Translations under genes and position numbers: made by a program
The notes under the pieces: model-generated
What the model was told of the DNA's origin: nothing
Database searches by the model: none
The model's input: the letters and a program-made list of their open reading frames with translations, nothing else
Virus record (IMG/VR): IMGVR_UViG_3300029305_011943
Reading direction: 5' to 3' (one strand)
DNA from: an uncultured virus (IMG/VR IMGVR_UViG_3300029305_011943)
Taxonomy: Duplodnaviria > Heunggongvirae > Uroviricota > Caudoviricetes
DNA length: 64,000 nucleotides
Shown here: in pieces, positions 58,068 to 64,000 of the stretch
Layout: each line of letters begins with the position of its first letter
How positions within the stretch are numbered: the stretch's first letter is position 1

Positions 58068-59425
58068 TGTGGAAATTCCTTGTAAAGAATCAGAGCATTG
58101 AGATCGTGGAGCGTGAAATTCTCGCTGACCACCAGATCCAGTATGTGCAGTTCAAATTCACATTTGACGGTGACTGGAAGCATTTTCACAAAGTCGTGCA
58201 GTTCTCACAGTGCGATGAGGTGTATTCCGTTGTTCTCGGCACAGAGGGAACGACATTGTATCTGCCTGCGGAGCTTCACGCAGGTGCGGCGAAAATGGCT
58301 GTGTTCGGTTACGATACGGAAAGCGATACAACTGTGAGAGCGACAACGGTACCTGTGACGCTGAATATTCGAGAATCCGGCTTTGAGGGTGATGATCCGC
58401 CAATCCCGCCGACACCAGATCTGTATACACAGCTTCTGAAGCGTATTGAGGATGCTGAGCACGGTCTTGACGGCAAATCTGCCTATGAGATTGCTGTGGA
58501 GTACGGCTATGTTGGCACGGAAGAGGAATGGCTGGAATCATTACACGGCAAAGACGGTATTACGCCGGATATGTCGGAGTATCCGAAGACGACGGAAGTG
58601 CAGACCATTGTGGAGACCGTGATTCAGCCTGTAGCGGAGGAGGCGCACAGCCATTCCAATAAGGAAACGCTCGACCGCCTGACACCGGAGCTGATGCAGG
58701 AGCTTGAAGGCTTGCAGCAGTTTGAGGACAGCACCACCTATGAGATTCAGACGCTTAATGAAGCGGTGGAGAACCTCAGACCGAGTACGCACAGCCATGC
58801 GAACCTCGATGTGCTGAATGCTTTGACAGCGGCGCTCCTTGCTGACCTGCAGGGGTTACAGCAATTTGAGGATGCAACCAACTATGATATCCACGATATT
58901 CGTGAGGCTCTGCTTCCTATTAGCTCTGCGGCGCATACCCACAACAATAAGGATGTGCTGGACACCATCACAGAACAGTATATGCGAGATGAAGCCGCTT
59001 TCCATGCACAGACAGCAGACGCTCTGCATGGACTGTCTACCGGATTGAGCGAGGTTTCCGCACAGGCGCACTCTCATTCCAACAAGGCGGTTCTGGATAA
59101 TATTACGCAGGAAATGCTCGACGATATTGCGTCCATCGGAACAGTAGTCGGGCAGGCGCACTGGCATCACAACCTCACAACGCTGAACAGTATCACAGAA
59201 TCCCACGTTACACGATGGAATGATGCGTATACAACGGCTATGAATCTGACTGAGCGTGTGGGGGTCAATGAGGGCGTGTTCGAGCGTTTCAAGACGGAGA
59301 TCCTCTATGATATGCAGGGCGCAAAGACATCAATCACGGAGATCAATACCCGTCTGGTCGCATTGGAGGAAGCCCTCTCCGGAGTAGAGACTGCACTGGC
59401 TGATATTGTGGAGGTGAGTGAATGA
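58067..59425 (+). CDS. Tail fibre/baseplate-associated protein
   Basis: GKSAYEIAV..GY.GTEEEWLESL; repeated H.H.N...LD/N units. Confidence 0.72.
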   Translation: MWKFLVKNQSIEIVEREILADHQIQYVQFKFTFDGDWKHFHKVVQFSQCDEVYSVVLGTEGTTLYLPAELHAGAAKMAVFGYDTESDTTVRATTVPVTLNIRESGFEGDDPPIPPTPDLYTQLLKRIEDAEHGLDGKSAYEIAVEYGYVGTEEEWLESLHGKDGITPDMSEYPKTTEVQTIVETVIQPVAEEAHSHSNKETLDRLTPELMQELEGLQQFEDSTTYEIQTLNEAVENLRPSTHSHANLDVLNALTAALLADLQGLQQFEDATNYDIHDIREALLPISSAAHTHNNKDVLDTITEQYMRDEAAFHAQTADALHGLSTGLSEVSAQAHSHSNKAVLDNITQEMLDDIASIGTVVGQAHWHHNLTTLNSITESHVTRWNDAYTTAMNLTERVGVNEGVFERFKTEILYDMQGAKTSITEINTRLVALEEALSGVETALADIVEVSE

Positions 59426-60093
59426 GTATCGGAAACTATTTGACGGCTCTCGATGAGCAGAGAGATGCTTTAGCTCGCAACCTTGTGACAATGGGTGTGC
59501 AGGCTTCGGAAACAGAAAAGCTGAATACCCTTGTTCCGAAAGTCCTGCAGATTCCGCAGACAAAACCGGATATCACGCTGTTCAGGGCTTCCATCGATGC
59601 TCTGCATGATTATGGCGAGAAGGTGTACACCTTCTATAATGACGGATATCGCAGCCTTGCAGGTTTCACTGAATCCTATGAGCATTTTTGCTGTGAGGAG
59701 AACGGCTATGCGATCTACTACAATCAGCCGGACTTCAACTGGGGTGCTGTCATTTATACCATGTGTGTCGAGCCGGTTCACATCAGCAACAATCGTAAGA
59801 TCATGCTGAGTTATAAGTCCGGTGCAACGGATATCGGTGAGATGTGGCTCGTTCCGAAAAGCAATGAGCAGATGTCCGAGGCAGATACCGCTCGTTATAT
59901 CTATGAAGCTATCCAGAATAACACTGCTATCTCGATTCCCTTCGGCTGGCTCGGTACTGTGAGCAATTATATCAATGTCCTGCACGAATGCAGCGGCATA
60001 AATGACGGAGAGTATTACCTTGCGTGGAAGGCTGTGACGGACAACACCAGTCCGATGATCCGTTCTGTGAAAATTGTTGACGTTACAATATGA
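59422..60093 (+). CDS. Hypothetical tail-associated protein
   Basis: Coupled ORF between the fibre and holin genes. Confidence 0.65.
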   Translation: MSIGNYLTALDEQRDALARNLVTMGVQASETEKLNTLVPKVLQIPQTKPDITLFRASIDALHDYGEKVYTFYNDGYRSLAGFTESYEHFCCEENGYAIYYNQPDFNWGAVIYTMCVEPVHISNNRKIMLSYKSGATDIGEMWLVPKSNEQMSEADTARYIYEAIQNNTAISIPFGWLGTVSNYINVLHECSGINDGEYYLAWKAVTDNTSPMIRSVKIVDVTI

Positions 60094-60107
60094 GGAAGGA
60101 TGATTGA

Positions 60108-60569
60108 ATGAAAGAAAATATCTGTACTGCCGCCGGAGTCATCGGCGGCTTTTTTGCGGCATTGCTCGGCGGGTGGGATTCAGCTTTGATCACGCTTGTG
60201 CTGTTCATGGCTATCGACTTTACAACCGGACTGATCGCCGCATCTATGGGCAGAAGCAAACACAGCAAGACCGGCAGACTCAGCTCCAAGGCAGGCTGGG
60301 TCGGGCTTGCGAAGAAGTTCTGCATTCTGCTCATGGTCGTTGTGGCTGTCCGCATGGATATCATGATCGGTACCACATATATCCGTGATGCGACCTGCAT
60401 CGGCTTCTGTGTCAATGAGTTGCTTTCCATTATTGAAAACACCAGTCTTATGGGCATCCCGTATCCGCCTGCTATCAAGAAGGCTATTGAGGTGCTTCAG
60501 AAGAGAGCGCAGCACATTGACGATGATATTCAGGAAATGATCGATAAGATGGAGGATGATAAAAAATGA
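60108..60569 (+). CDS. Phage holin (family 4-like)
   Basis: LGGWD...IDFTTG...NELLSIIEN...GIPYP. Confidence 0.92.
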   Translation: MKENICTAAGVIGGFFAALLGGWDSALITLVLFMAIDFTTGLIAASMGRSKHSKTGRLSSKAGWVGLAKKFCILLMVVVAVRMDIMIGTTYIRDATCIGFCVNELLSIIENTSLMGIPYPPAIKKAIEVLQKRAQHIDDDIQEMIDKMEDDKK

Positions 60570-61744
60570 AATATCAGTATTCCGTTTCCGTGCAGATCAC
60601 GCCCCATTTCAATTCTACAGAATTCCGCTGTAAGTGCGGCAAGGAGCATGAGTTTGAGGTAAACGATACCCTCGTTCAGAAGCTCGAACAGCTCTATGAC
60701 GCCCTCAACTGCTCCAAGATCATCGTAACATCCGGCTTCAGATGTTCCGCTCACGATAAGGCTGTGAAGGGCAGCGGTACCGGACAGCATACACTCGGCA
60801 ATGCAGCGGACATCTGCTGCTATGGTCAGGACGGACAGCCGATTTCATCTAAGGTGGTCTGCTGCAAAGCTCAGGATATCGGGTTCACGGGTATCGCCAA
60901 TATCACTGCTGCATATCAGTATACACACGTCGATGTGCGTCCCAATGGGAAATGGTACGGCGATGAAGTCCACGGCAACAGCACGGTGACTGATGATTTT
61001 TACAAGTATTTCGGGGGTGAGGATATGAAGGGTATTGATGTAAGTGTACACAACGGCGACATCGACTGGGGTAAGGTCAAAGCTGACGGCATTGATTTCG
61101 CAATTCTGCGTGCGGGCTACGGCAGACTTGAAAAGCAGAAGGATGAGAAGTTTGAGCAGAACTACGCAGACGCAAAGGCTGTCGGTCTGCCTATCGGTGC
61201 GTATTGGTACTCCTACGCCATGACCCCGGAAGAGGCAGAACTGGAAGCGGATGTGTTCCTCTCGGTCATCAAGGGAAAACAGTTCGAGATGCCTGTGTAC
61301 TTTGACCTTGAAGAAAAGAAGCAGTTTGACCTCGGAAAGGAACAGGTCTCCGCGATCATGCGTGCGTTTCTGAAGCGTGTGGAGTCCGCCGGTTACTTTG
61401 TCGGTCTGTACGGCTCCGCTTCCTCTCTTACTACACATACTGCCGATGATATCAAGTCCTGGTATACGATCTGGCTGGCTCACTGGGTCGATCAGACCAA
61501 TTACAGCGGAGCTTACGGTATCTGGCAGTACAGCGAGAAAGGCAAGGTCGCAGGCATCAACGGCAATGTGGATCTGGATATCTGCTACAAGGATTTCCCG
61601 ACAATTATCAAGGGCAAAGGGCTGAATGGCTGGGACAAGGCAGAGCCAACTTCCACGCCTGCACCCGATAAGCCCGATATCACCGTGACGGCTACCATCA
61701 AGATCGGCAATGACACTTACAAGGGCACGCTTATGAAGGAGTAA
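60566..61744 (+). CDS. Endolysin: peptidase M15-like plus GH25 lysozyme domains
   Basis: HFNSTEFRCKCG, SGFRC..H, QHTLGNAAD, HVDVR; GIDVS, DLEE, WQYS, VDLD. Confidence 0.92.
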   Translation: MKYQYSVSVQITPHFNSTEFRCKCGKEHEFEVNDTLVQKLEQLYDALNCSKIIVTSGFRCSAHDKAVKGSGTGQHTLGNAADICCYGQDGQPISSKVVCCKAQDIGFTGIANITAAYQYTHVDVRPNGKWYGDEVHGNSTVTDDFYKYFGGEDMKGIDVSVHNGDIDWGKVKADGIDFAILRAGYGRLEKQKDEKFEQNYADAKAVGLPIGAYWYSYAMTPEEAELEADVFLSVIKGKQFEMPVYFDLEEKKQFDLGKEQVSAIMRAFLKRVESAGYFVGLYGSASSLTTHTADDIKSWYTIWLAHWVDQTNYSGAYGIWQYSEKGKVAGINGNVDLDICYKDFPTIIKGKGLNGWDKAEPTSTPAPDKPDITVTATIKIGNDTYKGTLMKE

Positions 61745-61750
61745 AACAAT

Positions 61751-61774
61751 CGGGCAGAGGAATTTCTCTGCCCG
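61751..61774. terminator. Hairpin between converging genes
   Basis: CGGGCAGAG-gaattt-CTCTGCCCG. Confidence 0.65.
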
Positions 61775-61798
61775 GTACATAGTACGCTAAATCATAAT

Positions 61799-62149
61799 TT
61801 AAGCTCTAAACCCATTATAGTAGCTAATAAAATCTTCTATTAATTCATTTCTCGGACGAGTATATTCATCTTCTATTCCGCCGTTCTCAAGGCTTGATAT
61901 CCATTCCCAATCTATCATACAACCAACATCCATATTAATATTGTACTTTGCTTTTTTGATAAGAGGAACATCGGATACATCCCCTAAACAAAACAAATAT
62001 CCACATAATAATCTGATGTATTCCGAACTGCCATTTTGAAAATTATCAATCTCTTTTTCCAATAATTCCACTATATAAGATTTAGAAATGACATTCAAGT
62101 CAAATCCTAATTCTTTAATCAGTTTTTCGGCACGTTGTTCATTTGTCAT
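61799..62149 (-). CDS. AT-rich hypothetical moron
   Basis: 116-aa ORF with GGAGG RBS and its own promoter. Confidence 0.75.
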   Translation of the reverse strand: MTNEQRAEKLIKELGFDLNVISKSYIVELLEKEIDNFQNGSSEYIRLLCGYLFCLGDVSDVPLIKKAKYNINMDVGCMIDWEWISSLENGGIEDEYTRPRNELIEDFISYYNGFRA

Positions 62150-62208
62150 AGTAGTCCTCCGATTATTTCCGATTTGTAGGGGAGATTAGATTGCCCCTGT
62201 CTGTTTTC

Positions 62209-62237
62209 ATTATACATCCGATCCCGGAAAAAGTCAA
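62209..62237 (-). promoter_or_regulatory. Moron promoter
   Basis: TTGACT-17 bp-TATAAT on the minus strand. Confidence 0.75.
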
Positions 62238-62339
62238 TGTGCTATACCCACACAGTCATCAGGCACAAAAACTCCCCGGAACTGCTCAAAACGAACAGCT
62301 CCGAGGAGCATTATTTCGGGATCATATCTTAGCGAGGTA

Positions 62340-62783
62340 TTATCCCTCAATTGCAATATACTTGTGATTTTCCAGCTTCTTAGGCTCTGCCTTCGGAACG
62401 CAGATGTTCAGAACACCGTCCTCAAACTTTGCCTTCACATCGGCTTCGGTAACAGTATCACCGATATAGAAGCTTCTCTGCATTGCACCGGCGTAACGTT
62501 CCTGACGGATCAGCTTGCCCTTCTCAGTCTTTTCGTCCTTGTCAAGACCCTTTGCGGCACTGACAGTCAGATAACCGTTCTGAAGCTCAAGATTGATCTG
62601 GTCTTTCTTGAAGCCGGGCAAATCGATAACGATCTCATAGTGGTCGTCATGCTCATGGACATCCGTCTTCATAACCTGCGCAGCGTGCTTGCCGTACAGC
62701 TTCTTCTCCACGTCTCTGCCGAAGTCAGGGAATCTGAAGAAATCATCGAATAAGTTTTCACCGAAAATGCTAGGATACAACAT
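62340..62783 (-). CDS. Hsp20/alpha-crystallin small heat-shock protein
   Basis: MKTDV...DLPGFKKD...RQERYAG...AKFEDGVL. Confidence 0.95.
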   Translation of the reverse strand: MLYPSIFGENLFDDFFRFPDFGRDVEKKLYGKHAAQVMKTDVHEHDDHYEIVIDLPGFKKDQINLELQNGYLTVSAAKGLDKDEKTEKGKLIRQERYAGAMQRSFYIGDTVTEADVKAKFEDGVLNICVPKAEPKKLENHKYIAIEG

Positions 62784-62894
62784 AGGTCAGTCCTCCTTTT
62801 TACTCGTCACATTGTTTCCATTGCTTCGAGCAAGGGGACGGAGGGTTCAGCACCCGGATCCTTTGGTGCTTCTCTGTTCCTTTGTTCTGACTAC

Positions 62895-62937
62895 ATTATA
62901 GCACTCTGGATTAGCACTGTCAAGGGGAGAGTGCTAA
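62895..62937 (-). promoter_or_regulatory. sigmaA promoter overlapped by a CIRCE (HrcA operator)
   Basis: TTGACA-17 bp-TATAAT on the minus strand; TTAGCACTG-N9-GAGTGCTAA at 62911-62937, one mismatch to CIRCE. Confidence 0.9.
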
Positions 62938-63072
62938 TTTTCACATAGGTTTCAAATTTTTGACAGAAATGTCACATAGGCTAAAAACCACATCCGCATG
63001 AAGGGCAGGGATTATCCTCTGCCCTACTTTTTTCATATACCGTGACCCTTATTATCAGCGAGGAGGTATGCG

Positions 63073-63477
63073 ATGACAAATGAGCAAAAACAAGCAATCG
63101 CTTCTATGCGTGACGCAGGAGTACCAATTCCTTCTATTGCAGAACAACTCGGACTTTCCGTAAATACGATCAAATCCTTCTGCAAACGACACGGAATTCA
63201 CTCCGGCAATCAGTCCAGCAAAAACATCCTGTTCTGCTTACAATGCCACAAAGAGATTCCGCAGGCTGAACACCGCAAAGCAAAAAAGTTCTGCTCCGAC
63301 AAGTGCCGCCAACTGTGGTGGACTGAAAATACGGCCTTGATACCGAGAGATTCACAGATTGAGCGTATCTGTCCTGTCTGCAAGGAGCATTTCTTATCGT
63401 ACAAAAGCAAGCACCGCATTTACTGCTCCCGTACCTGCTACGGCAAATCGAAGGAGGTCTATCATGACAAAAAGTGA
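63073..63477 (+). CDS. HTH plus Zn-finger protein
   Basis: IAEQLGLSVNTIKSFCKR; CLQC, FCSDKC, CPVC, YCSRTC. Confidence 0.8.
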   Translation: MTNEQKQAIASMRDAGVPIPSIAEQLGLSVNTIKSFCKRHGIHSGNQSSKNILFCLQCHKEIPQAEHRKAKKFCSDKCRQLWWTENTALIPRDSQIERICPVCKEHFLSYKSKHRIYCSRTCYGKSKEVYHDKK

Positions 63478-63628
63478 ATTGTACGATAAGATGTTCCGTT
63501 ATCAGATGGTCATGTCGTGGGTACAATCTCTGCTGAAACAGTCTCTTATCAGCAAGAAAGAGTATACCAGAATTGATACAATGATGGCAAAGAAATACGA
63601 CGTATCTTCGTGCAGCATATATCGCTGA
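63464..63628 (+). CDS. SHOCT-like small protein preceding the recombinase
   Basis: LLKQSLISKKEYTRIDTMMAKKY; GGAGG RBS. Confidence 0.7.
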   Translation: MTKSELYDKMFRYQMVMSWVQSLLKQSLISKKEYTRIDTMMAKKYDVSSCSIYR

Positions 63629-63644
63629 AAACTGCGTAAAATCG

Positions 63645-63673
63645 TTGACTTATGGCTCAATAGACGGTAACAT
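63645..63673 (+). promoter_or_regulatory. Recombinase promoter resembling the array promoters
   Basis: TTGACT-17 bp-TAACAT in an AGACGGTAA.ATG context. Confidence 0.6.
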
Positions 63674-63697
63674 GGTAAGCGAAGGAGGTGGTGCTGT

Positions 63698-64000
63698 GTG
63701 GAGAATAGGGAGAGAATCGTAGAGAGGGTTCAGTTCCCCAACGCACCGAAAATAAAGCTGCTGAGAACAGCGGCTTATGCCAGAGTATCCAGTGGCAAGG
63801 ATGCGATGCTGCATTCCCTGTCGGCGCAGGTCAGCTATTATAACAATATGATTCAAAGCAATCCCGAATGGCTGTTTTGCGGCGTGTACGCAGATGAAGC
63901 CCTGACCGGTACCAAGGATACCCGTGAGAACTTTCAGAAACTGATCTCGGAATGCCGAGCCGGAAACATCGACCTTATCATAACAAAGTCGATTTCAAGG
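63698..64000 (+). CDS. Large serine recombinase, 5' part (runs off the window)
   Basis: GTG start after AAGGAGGTG; AAYARVSS...SLSAQ...YADE..TGTK..R..F...IITKSISR. Confidence 0.92.
   Translation, partial: MENRERIVERVQFPNAPKIKLLRTAAYARVSSGKDAMLHSLSAQVSYYNNMIQSNPEWLFCGVYADEALTGTKDTRENFQKLISECRAGNIDLIITKSISR

Larger units (their letters stand above)
333..64000. mobile_element. Temperate siphovirus prophage (boundaries outside or near the window edges)
   Basis: Complete regulation-replication-packaging-head-tail-lysis-recombinase order; no att site identified. Confidence 0.93.

Noticed and set aside
56691..60093. Diversity-generating retroelement targeting the tail genes
   Set aside because: No reverse transcriptase and no template/variable repeat pair was seen.
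1..64000. tRNA/rRNA genes and att sites
   Set aside because: None recognised by eye. tRNAscan-SE and flanking sequence would be needed.

Overview
The window is almost entirely one temperate siphovirus prophage of a Firmicutes host. A Clostridia/Ruminococcus-like host is inferred from gene content, GGAGG ribosome-binding sites and a CIRCE element. From left to right it holds: a divergent regulatory switch (CI/LexA-like repressor; large HExxH peptidase-HTH protein); two tandem sigma70-region-4 paralogues; a replication module (DUF2800 nuclease, DUF2815 SSB, family A DNA polymerase, DUF932, VRR-NUC, an SNF2 helicase broken inside its Walker A motif, a solo PemK/MazF toxin, a P4-type primase, a putative iteron origin); metK; an HNH gene and a likely cos region; nrdDG; three DNA methyltransferases; a ~10 kb accessory array; HK97-like head and tail genes; holin and endolysin; opposite-strand morons (Nudix, GIY-YIG, CIRCE-controlled Hsp20); and the 5' end of a large serine recombinase. 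The standout feature is 29.0-39.5 kb. There, 13 units of 1-3 short genes each sit behind a copy of the same ~150-bp upstream module: an ATGTACA-N29/30-TGTACAT inverted repeat (in about half the copies), a sigmaA promoter with an invariant 17-bp spacer, a leader hairpin and a GGAGG site. A second GC-rich hairpin repeat family is interspersed. This looks like a modular, cassette-like establishment or host-takeover regulon. Other notable signals are a ~200-nt multi-stem RNA candidate upstream of nrdD, an out-of-frame gene nested in the C5 methyltransferase, and a 4-nt interruption of the helicase GKT motif. Family names come from motif recognition only; no database search was run.
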